A stretch of DNA of 63,137 bases, filler included, from Octopus bimaculoides (taxonomy: Eukaryota), in assembly GCF_001194135.2 (NCBI RefSeq). It is 8 parts of 7 records of this genome, joined end to end, with 100 filler letters (N's around TTAATTAATTAA, not from the genome) between each part and the next. Parts side by side here need not be neighbours in the genome. Positions count along the whole stretch, not along the records: positions 1 to 15,893 come from NC_068988.1; 7 more parts are not named here. The stretch is one strand, 5' to 3'. A model generated the notes under the pieces. That model worked only from the letters and a program-made list of their open reading frames with translations. It did no database searches and was not told the DNA's origin. Positions 1-11,883 of this stretch are shown here, one piece after another (positions within the stretch are counted from its first letter, which is position 1; each line of letters opens with the position of its first letter). Both the position numbers and the translations under genes were made by a program.

Positions 1-29
1 TATTGTTCTAACGTCCTGTACCCTGCTAT

Positions 30-99
30 ACATGTATATACACATGTAGATGTAAGTATGTACATATATGTGTGTATACATGTATATATATTCTTTGTA

Positions 100-142
<43 letters not shown>

Positions 143-245
143 TATATTTATATATGTGGGCCTCTGTGTGCATGCATGCATGTCTGTGTGTGGATGTGTG
201 TGTGTGTGGGTGCGTTTGTGTATGTATGTGTGTGTATGTGTATAT
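30..245. repeat. Compound (TA)n/(TG)n microsatellite
   Basis: Directly visible dinucleotide repeats. Confidence 0.95.
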
Positions 246-1240
246 GTATGTATGCATTATATCTTGACTTCAGTAAAGCATTCGACAGAGTTGACCATAA
301 TATCTTACTCTCAAAATTGGCAAATGCTGGAATCCGTGGAAAACTTCTACACTGGATTAAGTATTTCCTGGCGAATAGAACATATTGAGGTCGATGGAGT
401 CCATTCAAGCCCAGCAAAAGTCACCAGTGGTGTCTCTCAGGGGGATTGTCTTGGGCCCGCTCCTCTTTATAACTTACATAAACGACCTCTCCAGCGTTGT
501 AAATCACTGTAAAGTGAAAATATTTGCTGATGACACTAAGCTCCAGTGAAGAAGAAGGCCGAACTCAACTCCAGCCTGATCTATATACTGTGAGTAAATG
601 GGCAGACAAAAACAAAATGCAACTAAACGAGGGAAAATTTGAGCTGATGCATTTTGGAAGAAAGTCTATACTAAAACAGCCATACTCTCTTCCTTCAGGG
701 GAACCTCTCACAGCATCTAATAATATCAGAGACCTAGATGTAATTATTGATAACAATCTCAGTTGGAGTGCCCACATCAACAATAAGGTCGAAATAGCTC
801 GTAGGATGAGCTCCTGGATCTTAAGAACCTTCTGGTCCTGAGAACAAGGTGTCATCATTTCACTTTTCTCCTCCTTTGTACGGCCACACCTCGAATACTG
901 CTGCCCCTTGTGGTCTCCCCATACAAAACAAAACATCTCGAAAATTGAATCACCCCAGAGGGCACTCACTAAACGAACTGAAGGCATGACTGATCTCGAT
1001 TACTGGGACTGCCTTAAAGCCTTGAAACTCTACTCTCTCCAGCGCCGCCGCGAGCGGTACATCATTTGTACGACGTGGAGAATATACCACCAGCATTGCC
1101 CAAACGACCTGAACATTAGTTTCAAAGTTTATCCAAGGCTGGGACCAAGGGCCATACGTCCCCTGCCCAATTCAGGATCACAACATATAGGTACACTGCG
1201 ACACAATTTCTTCTCCTCATCAGGCCCTGCCCTGTTTAAC
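245..1240 (+). mobile_element. CR1-like LINE ORF2 3' fragment (RT C-terminal half), frameshifted
   Basis: Successive frames give ALYLDFSKAFDRVDH, VDGVHSSPAKVTSGVSQGDCLGP, VKIFADDTKL (~514-543), DLDVIIDNNLSWSAHI and WSPHTKQNISKIESPQR...YSLQRRRER. These are CR1-group RT and post-RT motifs, with several frameshifts and stops. Confidence 0.92.
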
Positions 1241-1561
1241 ATTTATATATCGCTTATCGGAGTGATGGCTAAAACCAAAGAGTAGTATATATGCGAATGT
1301 TCATGTGTAAGGTGTGGTGGGGAATAAACACAGATACGATCACATACGCGCACACATATAAATATATATGTACGTATATATGTATAATTATGTAGGTAGG
1401 GAAATGTAAATTTTGTATTATTTGAGTCACTGTACAATTTGTAATGGGAAATTTCTTACATGTTTATCCGACATCTACAATTCTGTTATTCCTATTAGCA
1501 AACGAAACATGTGTAATGGTGAATAAATAATACGGAAAAATTTTGCAATGTCCTTTTTTGT

Positions 1562-1601
<40 letters not shown>

Positions 1602-2062
1602 GAGGAAATGTACCAAATTTTCTTTTCTAAATATACTATTATAAGCACTAAACAGGAACAGGCTATGAGATGTGCACATTAGATTAAATATAGATTTAAA
1701 CGAATTAAAGAAACATAATTGACCATCTATAATTGTGATAATTAATGATATTTTTGCAAATGATACTGAAGTAATTTTAGTAATAATAACAATAATGATA
1801 TTGATTGAGAGTATAAATCTAAACATAAGTGAATTACCTCCGAATAAATAATGTACTCCATATAGTAAAATGCAATCAAAACTGCTACAATTGATTGTAA
1901 TATGAATGAATATTTTATAGATCACGATTCATCTGTAATACCAGTAGAGGTGATTATAAGACCAGAATTCAATTTGATTTAAAATGTAACGCTATAACTT
2001 TCAAATGAATACCAACGCAGGAAGCTTGTTTGAATTAGTCTACTTTGAAAACGCTGTAAGCG

Positions 2063-2158
2063 ATGGACCCTTGATGAGGTTGCAGTGACTAGGATGCATA
2101 ACTAAGATGCATACGGAGCAATGTGTAGTTGGTACAGTTGAAACATATGTTGGTCATT
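2063..2158 (+). ncRNA. Degenerate type I hammerhead-ribozyme-like motif (PLE type, long stem II)
   Basis: GACC-C-TTGATGA-GGTTG...CAGTT-GAAAC-ATAT-GTT-GGTC. Core halves resemble CUGAUGA and GAAA, stem III is the palindrome ACATATGT, stem I is GACC/GGTC, and the stem II base pairs with G.U wobbles. Confidence 0.55.
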
Positions 2159-2404
2159 GTTATATATGCTGTAGAAATTTTTTTAATAAAACGTTTTGGA
2201 TGTGAATAAATCTCTACTTTCCTCTTCGTTTTCAATTTNNNNNNNNNNNNNNNNNNNNNNNNNNNNNNNNNNNNNNNNNNNNNNNNNNNNNNNNNNNNNN
2301 NNNNNNNNNNNNNNNNNNNNNNNNNNNNNNNNNNNNNNNNNNNNNNNNNNNNNNNNNNNNNNNNNNNNNNNNNNNNNNNNNNNNNNNNTATATATATATA
2401 TAAA

Positions 2405-3185
2405 ACAAGTTTAAGATAATGATCATTACATATTTTTCCTTTATTGAAGCAAAACTGTCTTACGGTTGTTTCCAGTAGTAATTATACGTACATTACTGAT
2501 AGGTTTACTCAGTTGATCTATTGGTCAATTGAGAAAAAAATGAACAACCTAAAAAAAATTAATGCTACTTTCGTCAGAGCCATTTCTGGTTCGAAAGAAC
2601 ACTGAAGGAATGGTCAATGCATGGAGTTGGGAGGAAATGATGGAAAGATACAAGTACAATAGAGAAAAGAGGAAGACAAGTTACAAAGCAGTGAAGAGAA
2701 GTAAGGAAAGGATAGAGGAAGGAGGCACTTAATAGAAGAAAAAATTTGGAAAGGGACAGTCATAAAACATTAGCTTTTGTCAGGTCAACACACATTACCG
2801 TATAAGCATTGTTTATAGGTTAGATATTCTCCAACTGTTGTGTTTAAATTTGATATGAACCATTTATACATATGGTCAATCTAAGACTTCTCTTCACCCT
2901 TTGTAACTTGTCTTCCTCTTTTCTCTATTCTACTCGCAGCTTTTCAGCTTTACTCCCTCCTCCATGCGCTTACCATTCCTTCAGCGTTCTGCTTTGTTAT
3001 GACCAGAAATGGCCCTGACGAAAGTAGTATTAATCATTTTAGGTCGTTCAATTTTTCTCAACTGATCAATAGACCAATTGAATAAACCTATCAGTAATGT
3101 ACCTATAATGACTATTGGAAATAACTGTAACATAATTTTGCTCCAATAAAGGAAAAGTACCTAATGACTATTATTTTGAAGGTGT
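2405..3185. repeat. Long foldback inverted repeat (arms ~2405-2705 and ~2885-3185), probably an inverted PLE terminus
   Basis: For example, CTTTCGTCAGAGCCATTTCTGGT (2568-2590) is the reverse complement of ACCAGAAATGGCCCTGACGAAAG (3002-3024). AGAGAAAAGAGGAAGACAAGTTACAAAG matches CTTTGTAACTTGTCTTCCTCTTTTCTCT. Each arm carries a CTGACGA...GAAA motif. Confidence 0.85.
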
Positions 3186-3996
3186 TTGATATATCACTCT
3201 GTGTAAAAACCAGTTTGTCTGGAGTCCGTCCACAGATTTACAATATAGAAATGTGATGAACCATAACTTTGTACCCTGCCTTAAGAAAACCTGGAGTTCT
3301 TCTCTAATCTAAATAATATTGTTAGCCTGTTGTGCAACCAGAGAGGTTAAGAAGCATTTTGCCCGGATTGATAATCCCTCACTCTTAGCTATATATATAA
3401 AGAATAAATCAAATAGAGAGATACAATTGATAATCCAATAATTTATTTATATTATAATTTAGCATAATATACTATGAATATAATTTAATATAAGATAACA
3501 TGAAAAAAATCATATTTATAACGGAATTCTCCCTCCGATAAAGTAAATAAATAAAGAATATTTTTTTGTTAGTTACTTTAAACAATATTTTTTATATCGA
3601 TAACTTTTAATAAAGAGAAGAGTTCTTATATATTACCAATATATTTAAGATTTATATATTTTTACATGTTTTGTTAAAGTTTCTAGATCAAGTAAGACCC
3701 TGATACTTCATTTATATACTTATATATTGTTGTTGTATGTTACTATAATAGCAAAAGATTGTCTTCGACCTAAACGAGTTTGGACTAATATTATTTGAGA
3801 TATATAGAAACATAATTCGATAGTTGTAGATTCTATTTACTTAATTATTTTGTCCGATATAATTTTGTTGCTTTTTAATTGTTATTGTTATATAGATGAA
3901 GAGTTAACACTCACGCTCATAATACATAGGCATTTGAATTAATTTTTTTACAACCCAGCCGTCATTTCACACGGAATTTCGTCTTTCTTCAAACCT

Positions 3997-4077
3997 TAGC
4001 TCTGATGAGACTTATATAAGCGAATAGAATTGTTTATATATCAAATAATGTATATAATTCGAAACAAAGTGTTGGCT
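3997..4077 (+). ncRNA. Hammerhead-like motif with extended stem II
   Basis: AGCT-CTGATGA-G...C-GAAACA-AAG-TGTT-GGCT. Intact core, G10.1-C11.1 pair, 3-bp stem III, GUU cleavage triplet, stem I AGCT/GGCT. Confidence 0.45.
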
Positions 4078-5221
4078 TTTTTGGGTTTCAAACATTTTTT
4101 ATGTTATCTTATATTATATCATATTATATTCATAGTATATTATGTTATATTATAATATAAATAAATTATTGGTTTGTCAGTCGTATCTCTCTACTTAATT
4201 TATTGTTTGTAATTTGCATTATACCCATTTTTATATGGTATTCAACTGATGTACCAGCGAATTGGATGTTTTGCACACCCCTTTGAAGGAATGCTTTTCT
4301 TTGGTTTGTTACTTTATATATATATATATATNNNNNNNNNNNNNNNNNNNNNNNNNNNNNNNNNNNNNNNNNNNNNNNNNNNNNNNNNNNNNNNNNNNNN
4401 NNNNNNNNNNNNNNNNNNNNNNNNNNNNNNNNNNNNNNNNNNNNNNNNNNNNNNNNNNNNNNNNNNNNNNNNNNNNNNNNNNNNNNNNNNNNNNNNNNNN
4501 NNNNNNNNNNNNNNNNNNNNNNNNNNNNNNNNNNNNNNNNNNNNNNNNNNNNNNNNNNNNNNNNNNNNNNNNNNNNNNNNNNNNNNNNNNNNNNNNNNNN
4601 NNNNNNNNNNNNNNNNNNNNNNNNNNNNNNNNNNNNNNNNNNNNNNNNNNNNNNNNNNNNNNNNNNNNNNNNNNNNNNNNNNNNNNNNNNNNNNNNNNNN
4701 NNNNNNNNNNNNNNNNNNNNNNNNNNNNNNNNNNNNNNNNNNNNNNNNNNNNNNNNNNNNNNNNNNNNNNNNNNNNNNNNNNNNNNNNNNNNNNNNNNNN
4801 NNNNNNNNNNNNNNNNNNNNNNNNNNNNNNNNNNNNNNNNNNNNNNNNNNNNNNNNNNNNNNNNNNNNNNNNNNNNNNNNNNNNNNNNNNNNNNNNNNNN
4901 NNNNNNNNNNNNNNNNNNNNNNNNNNNNNNNNNNNNNNNNNNNNNNNNNNNNNNNNNNNNNNNNNNNNNNNNNNNNNNNNNNNNNNNNNNNNNNNNNNNN
5001 NNNNNNNNNNNNNNNNNNNNNNNNNNNNNNNNNNNNNNNNNNNNNNNNNNNNNNNNNNNNNNNNNNNNNNNNNNNNNNNNNNNNNNNNNNNNNNNNNNNN
5101 NNNNNNNNNNNNNNNNNNNNNNNNNNNNNNNNNNNNNNNNNNNNNNNNNNNNNNNNNNNNNNNNNNNNNNNNNNNNNNNNNNNNNNNNNNNNNNNNNNNN
5201 NNNAGATAGATAGATAGATAA

Positions 5222-5262
<41 letters not shown>

Positions 5263-5277
5263 GGGAGAGAGAGAGTG

Positions 5278-5697
5278 AGAGAGGCAATTATGCGGATAAA
5301 CAGATTAGACACATCAAATTTATAAAATATATTAAATACATCAAATACAAAATAAGTATATATGTATTAATGCAAAACAGGAGAAACCAAAAGGTGGAAA
5401 CTTTCAGATGATGAACTTTTAAGTATAGATATATATTAATATTAATAGGTCCAACTTACACAGAGTACAAACAACAGAGAAAATTCCACTCCTTTAATTT
5501 TCTCTGTCATTTGTATTCTGTGTAAGTTAGACCTATTAATATAAATATCTATATGTTTATACTTAAAAATTCATCAGCTGAAATTTTCCACCTTTTGGTT
5601 TCTCTCGTTTTGCATGTATACATATATACATATTTTGTATTTGATGTATTCAATATTTGATGTGCTTTATTTGGTTATCCGCATAATTGCCTCTATA
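5278..5697. repeat. Long foldback palindrome (arms ~205 bp, loop ~12 nt)
   Basis: GAGGCAATTATGCGGATAA (5281) versus TTATCCGCATAATTGCCTC (~5675-5693). GAAACCAAAAGGTGGAAA versus TTTCCACCTTTTGGTTTC. CAGAGAAAATT versus AATTTTCTCTG at the apex. Confidence 0.9.
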
Positions 5698-6733
5698 TCT
5701 GCTCAACTTTATCCCTCTTATAGCCATTCTTTACCCTTTGGAATTGATCCCCTGTAAAGATATCGGAGTCTAAGTTTGAATCTTTTGAGCACCACTAAGT
5801 GTCTTCTATACTGAGAATCTCTAGATCTCATCTGTGGACTATGATATATATATATATATATATATANNNNNNNNNNNNNNNNNNNNNNNNNNNNNNNNNN
5901 NNNNNNNNNNNNNNNNNNNNNNNNNNNNNNNNNNNNNNNNNNNNNNNNNNNNNNNNNNNNNNNNNNNNNNNNNNNNNNNNNNNNNNNNNNNNNNNNNNNN
6001 NNNNNNNNNNNNNNNNNNNNNNNNNNNNNNNNNNNNNNNNNNNNNNNNNNNNNNNNNNNNNNNNNNNNNNNNNNNNNNNNNNNNNNNNNNNNNNNNNNNN
6101 NNNNNNNNNNNNNNNNNNNNNNNNNNNNNNNNNNNNNNNNNNNNNNNNNNNNNNNNNNNNNNNNNNNNNNNNNNNNNNNNNNNNNNNNNNNNNNNNNNNN
6201 NNNNNNNNNNNNNNNNNNNNNNNNNNNNNNNNNNNNNNNNNNNNNNNNNNNNNNNNNNNNNNNNNNNNNNNNNNNNNNNNNNNNNNNNNNNNNNNNNNNN
6301 NNNNNNNNNNNNNNNNNNNNNNNNNNNNNNNNNNNNNNNNNNNNNNNNNNNNNNNNNNNNNNNNNNNNNNNNNNNNNNNNNNNNNNNNNNNNNNNNNNNN
6401 NNNNNNNNNNNNNNNNNNNNNNNNNNNNNNNNNNNNNNNNNNNNNNNNNNNNNNNNNNNNNNNNNNNNNNNNNNNNNNNNNNNNNNNNNNNNNNNNNNNN
6501 NNNNNNNNNNNNNNNNNNNNNNNNNNNNNNNNNNNNNNNNNNNNNNNNNNNNNNNNNNNNNNNNNNNNNNNNNNNNNNNNNNNNNNNNNNNNNNNNNNNN
6601 NNNNNNNNNNNNNNNNNNNNNNNNNNNNNNNNNNNNNNNNNNNNNNNNNNNNNNNNNNNNNNNNNNNNNNNNNNNNNNNNNNNNNNNNNNNNNNNNNNNN
6701 NNNNNNNNNNNNNNNNNNNNNNNNNNNNNNNNN

Positions 6734-6785
<52 letters not shown>

Positions 6786-7794
6786 CAGAGAGAGACAGAC
6801 AGACAGGCAGACAGGCAGACAGATAAATTGGCAGAAACAGACAGAAAAAAAGCATTAAAATAATATCAAAATATTCTGTCATATAGCGCATCCAATTCAA
6901 ACTTCCAATTTAAACAGTTTAAATTTTGAATAAATTTCCTTTTAAAAAGTTTTGTAGAGCACATTTTTTGTGCATCTGGAGCAAAGAGATGTCAATCTTT
7001 ATTTGGATAGAATACAAATCCTAAGCTATGAAAATACCAAAAAAAAAAAAAGAAAAAAGAAAAAAAAGGAAAATGAAGCACTGACATTTATCAGAAAAAT
7101 ATTCGATAAAAAAATTCAAATAAATTAAATTAGGCAGAACTATGATGACGTCAATGTGAAATAGGACATAAAAATTGAAGATTCGCGAAAATAAAAATGC
7201 AAACTAGAACACATTATTCGTTGAAACTATAGATCATCAATCTAATCTTTTACTTGTTTCAGTCATTAGACTGCAGACATGCTGGAGCTCCACCTTGCAG
7301 GGTTTTTAGACGAACAAATCGACACCAGTACATATCATTTAAAGTTCTATACTTATTCTAAAGGTNNNNNNNNNNNNNNNNNNNNNNNNNNNNNNNNNNN
7401 NNNNNNNNNNNNNNNNNNNNNNNNNNNNNNNNNNNNNNNNNNNNNNNNNNNNNNNNNNNNNNNNNNNNNNNNNNNNNNNNNNNNNNNNNNNNNNNNNNNN
7501 NNNNNNNNNNNNNNNNNNNNNNNNNNNNNNNNNNNNNNNNNNNNNNNNNNNNNNNNNNNNNNNNNNNNNNNNNNNNNNNNNNNNNNNNNNNNNNNNNNNN
7601 NNNNNNNNNNNNNNNNNNNNNNNNNNNNNNNNNNNNNNNNNNNNNNNNNNNNNNNNNNNNNNNNNNNNNNNNNNNNNNNNNNNNNNNNNNNNNNNNNNNN
7701 NNNNNNNNNNNNNNNNNNNNNNNNNNNNNTTTTTTACCACACTACCTTGCGCCTCTGCCAATCTTGTTTAAAGAAATGGAATTTCATCTAATAT

Positions 7795-8235
7795 TTAATT
7801 ACAGGACCACATTATCTTTTCCCTTCTAATTCTCTTCGGGTCCCAGGTGGCGTTTCCTCCATATATACTAACTTAGTGAATCTACTCCTCGCTAATGCTT
7901 CGTTATAATGGCGGCGGCTCTTTTGAAGATCTCTCTATCTACTGATAACTTAGAGATTCTTCTAATTATGCCTGTGACTATGCTCCTAATTATAGCTGAG
8001 GGCATTTGGAATTTCTGTGGATATACACAGTTTCCTTGTTGGGTTTACTGTAAGAGTAGTACTTGTCCAACTATAGCTTTTAGGGTTTGCTTCAAGAAGT
8101 CAACGTTTGCCAAATTGGTATGACTGTTAATGACAAGCTGAATTCTTTGAAAACCTTTATCGGACCCTCCTTGAGCGACATGACCGTTCATATGGCTTTA
8201 GAAAGCCAGCCTCACGTCCCCATATAGGACCGAGT
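7795..8235 (-). mobile_element. Penelope-like element RT fragment (palm end and thumb), frameshifted
   Basis: The minus strand reads LYGDVRLA (compare LYRDDGLA), NVDFL, YSKPNKETVYIHRNS, SAIIRSIVTGIIRRISKLSVDREIFKRAA, YNEALARSRF and KIMW. This matches the PLE RT YRKPN...HPP...RRISxLS...YNxAL...KIIWFNPP pattern. Confidence 0.8.
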
Positions 8236-9913
8236 TATGGGGGCGCGTGTTCTTCCTTATCCAGGACAAATAACCCGATGAGGTCCTTGACCAAAATACT
8301 GTGCAGTGGGACTGAACACGAAATCACATGATTGTGAAGCGAAATTCTTTACTACACTGCTATGTTTGCACCTGTACTAAGCCTGTGCAAAGAAATGGAA
8401 CTAAATCTAATATTCAGTAGAGTCTGTTCCTGTATTTACGGCAACTTTATTCTTCCATACTTACACCAACGTTAACGGTATGCGCAAATGTGGTGTATCT
8501 GTAATGTATTGTAATGTATGTGTGTTGGTAGACGTTTCTAGAAGCTTGTGCTTATCTTGTGTATGTGTAAGTGTGCGCGTGCGCGTGTGAAGTGATTTCT
8601 TATTAACTATTTATTTAACATAGTTTTTGTTCCCCCTGCATTTACTTTTTACTTTCGTAGCTGTTTTTCAGCGTGTCATCTGATCTTGCCTTCTTTCTCT
8701 CTGAAGAACTATTTCATTGAATGATGGAAAAACAATAGTCTGGAGAAACGAGCAATGATTTACGTCGAAAAAGCAAACACACATAAAAACGAACTAAGGA
8801 GGAAGCCACACAGTTATTCCTGGGCCGGCAAGAAATAGCAGTCAAATCACCATTATACCACACCCTACCGTCTCGAAAACAATGGAGGAATAGACTGGAT
8901 AATGTAGCTGTAGATACATAAGGGCTGAAAAGAAAATTCATGATGGCCACGGCTGGACTGACTGCTTTTGATCGGGCTGACTGGATGAAACATTTACTGT
9001 GAATAAAATATTTAAAGTTCATATGTCGTAATTTTTCCGATTTTTCTCATTTTTCAGGTAAAGCTATTGTTTGAACAAATGCCAAATGTGAAACTGTGTG
9101 TGCGTGTACGCTCGTATGTGTGTGTGCGTGTGCGTGCATGCGCACACGTATGGGTGTATGCACAGCTGTGCGTATATGTGCGTACATCTGCATGTGCGAA
9201 GGCTTTAAATGAATTTCGTTAAAATGTGTTCTACTATATTCATAGCTTCTTCCATGATACCTCGTGGTATTTTTTCCTACCCTTGTGCACTGATCCACCG
9301 AGGTCAGTTTTGCCGTTCATCCTTTCGGAGTTGGTCTTAGTATGTGGATCAGCAAAACTGATGAAACGTTGAACGGGATCCTTTGCTATATATACATGTT
9401 CCGCTCTCTGCTTTCTGGTAGAAACGCATGCGATGGCACATTTGCCAAGCTGCATCAGCCTGAAAATACCAGGCTTTTCTTTGGACAACATCAGTGACCA
9501 GGAAAAATTACTAGTTGCATTTACACGCATGGAGAATCGGTCATCTTTCTCATTTAAAACTTTGCCCAGTATTGCGCATGCAGTAAAATGGTCTGCTTAG
9601 AGCGAAGAAGCTTCTATATATCGAGTGATATACATAAGATTTTTAGAAACAAATTAAAACACACTAGAATACAATGATTATTTACAGAATCTTTTACTAA
9701 TTGTCAATCGACGATAGAACGGCAGTAAGCTACCACATATATGTATTTAAATAGACTATAGGACTAAATGACACACACACGTATCTGTGTGTGCACACAT
9801 GAACACATATACAGACATATATTGAACATGTATAATATATTCTACATAACTGTATATATGTGTGGGTGTATTCGTGAGTATATTTGTATACATACATACA
9901 TACATACATACAG

Positions 9914-9995
<82 letters not shown>

Positions 9996-9996
<1 letters not shown>

Positions 9997-10343
9997 TCTT
10001 TTACTCTTTTACTCTTTTACTTGTTTCAGTCATTTGAATGCAGCCATGCTGGAGCACCACCTTTAGTCGGGCAAATCGACCCAGGACTTATTCTTTGTAA
10101 GCCTTGTACTTATTCTATCGGAGTCTTTTGCCGAACCGCTAAGTTACGGGGACGTAAACATACCAGCATCGGTTGTCAAGCGATGTTGGGGGGACAAGCA
10201 CAGACACACAAACACACACATATACCAAATCCACTCACAAGGCTTTGGTCGGCCTGTGGCTATAGTAGAAGACACTTGTCCAAGGTGCCACGCAGTGGGA
10301 CGGAACCCGGAACCATGTGGTTGGTAAGCAAGCTACTTACCAC
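9996..10343 (-). mobile_element. tRNA-derived SINE, family A
   Basis: Matches the other copies in the window: head GTGGTAAGTAGCTTGCTTACCAACCACATGGTTCCGGGTTC, body TAACTTAGCGGTTCGGCAAAAG and tail ACAAGTAAAAGAGTAAAAGAG. Confidence 0.9.
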
Positions 10344-10766
10344 AAGTTTTATAATATTAGTTTATTACAAGTACTTTTATTAGTTCCTTTTTAATGTCAC
10401 TGGCAATTTAATGTTTAACTTGTAGTGGTGATATAGTAATGAGTATGTAGTGTTTTATTATTAACTTTTGAATGATGAAATAATGTATTTCACTCATAAA
10501 AAATATTAGTTAAGTTAATTTCAATCGTGTTTTGCTTTGGAAAAAAGTTTAGAAGGTTTGAAAGACCGGTAGGATTATTATTTATATGGACTTAAAGATG
10601 GATCGCAACTTAGCATATAATTTAGTTATTGCAGTTTACTATTAAAACCGATACAATGTACATTGGTTTGAATATCTCTTCCAGTTTTAGTAAAGTTAGA
10701 GTAAAATCCTGCCTATATATTGATTGATTTAAATAATGTGGTTATTAAGCTTTTACTTTTATTTTG

Positions 10767-11090
10767 GAGCACTCCGTCAGTTAAGACGACGAGGGTCCCA
10801 GCTGATACGATCAACGGAACAGCTTGCTTGTGAAATTAATGTGCAAGTGTCTGTGCACTCCACGAACATGTGTACCCTTAACGTAGTTCTCAAGGAGATT
10901 CAGCGTGACACAGAGTGTAACAAGGCCGGCCCTGTGAAATACAGGTGCTACTCATTTTTACCAGCTGCGTGGACTGGAGCTACGTGTAATAAAGTGTCTA
11001 GCTCAAGGACACAACGCGTCGCCGGGAATTGTACTCACGACCTTACGATCGTGAGTCGAATGCCCTAACCACTAAGCCACGCGCCTTCAC
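10767..11090 (-). mobile_element. tRNA-derived SINE, family C
   Basis: The head has A box TGGCTTAGTGG and a B-box-like segment. The 3' half is shared with 29355-29734 (GAACTACGTTAAGGGTAC, GCACATTAATTTCAC). Confidence 0.85.
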
Positions 11091-11424
11091 TATTTTTATA
11101 TTACACTACAGAAGACAGTACGGATTATAATTTTGTATGACTTAATAGAATTGTCGCTGTTTAGTTACGTCTTTAGGAGTGGTTGTAATTTACTTATGGA
11201 ATTTATTTATCGATGCAGTTGTACATTGGGTAAATGTGTTTGAAAGTTGTGGTTTCTTTGGTTTGTCTGTTCCCAAACAACGCTTATTTTAGTGCTGTTG
11301 ACACCGCCGGGTTGAATGGTACTGGCAAGGTGTCAAAACCATGATGACATCCGTGGGGCAGCTGATGATGGGGGTATGTTGGATTGTTGGTATGGCTGTG
11401 AAATAGTATTATAACGCATCCTTT

Positions 11425-11484
<60 letters not shown>

Positions 11485-11539
11485 TTTTAATTTCTTTATG
11501 GAAAACGTTTTGAATATGCAAATAAAACTCCTATTCTAT

Positions 11540-11883
11540 AATGCCGGCCACAGTCTAATAATGCTGACTTGTGAACTAGTTTTCGGGGTTGCATCGAACT
11601 GTACCGATAGAATATAGGAGAAATATAATAATAATAACAACAATAATAATTAGCTGGAAGTTATAAACATTTAATGCAGCGCTACGCACATTTCATCCCA
11701 ATCCGTAATCATCTCAGAGACACGTGGTTTGTAGAAACGTGCGTAGCGATGCATTAAATGTTTATAAATTACATCCAAGGATTATTGTTTTTATTATATG
11801 TACTCTAGATTATATCGGTACAGTTCGACCGTAACCCCGAAAAACTAGTTCACCAGTCAGCGTCATTAGACTATAGCCAGCAT
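11540..11883. repeat. Foldback inverted repeat (arms ~155 bp) with a hammerhead remnant at the junction
   Basis: GTGAACTAGTTTTCGGGGTT and TCGAACTGTACCGATA versus TATCGGTACAGTTCGA and AACCCCGAAAAACTAGTTCAC. TTATAAACATTTAATGC versus GCATTAAATGTTTATAA. GAAACGTGCGTA-GCGATG lies at 11734-11751. Confidence 0.88.

Noticed and set aside
8271-8303. Hammerhead-like CCGATGA-GGTC-CTT-GACC-AAAA
   Set aside because: The 3' half is better explained as a decayed SINE A segment (CTTGCCCAAGGTGCC.TGCAGTGGGACTGAAC), and there is no stem I.
8938-8990. Possible box C/D snoRNA (ATGATGG...CTGA...CTGA)
   Set aside because: The C box is imperfect, there is no terminal stem, and no guide target was recognised.
9240-9530. 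96-aa minus-strand ORF
   Set aside because: No recognisable domain, and its 3' part overlaps a family B SINE remnant.
9730-10066. Poly-IY, CV, HT and SL ORFs here and throughout the window
   Set aside because: They are translations of (TA)n, (TG)n, (CA)n and (TC)n repeats.
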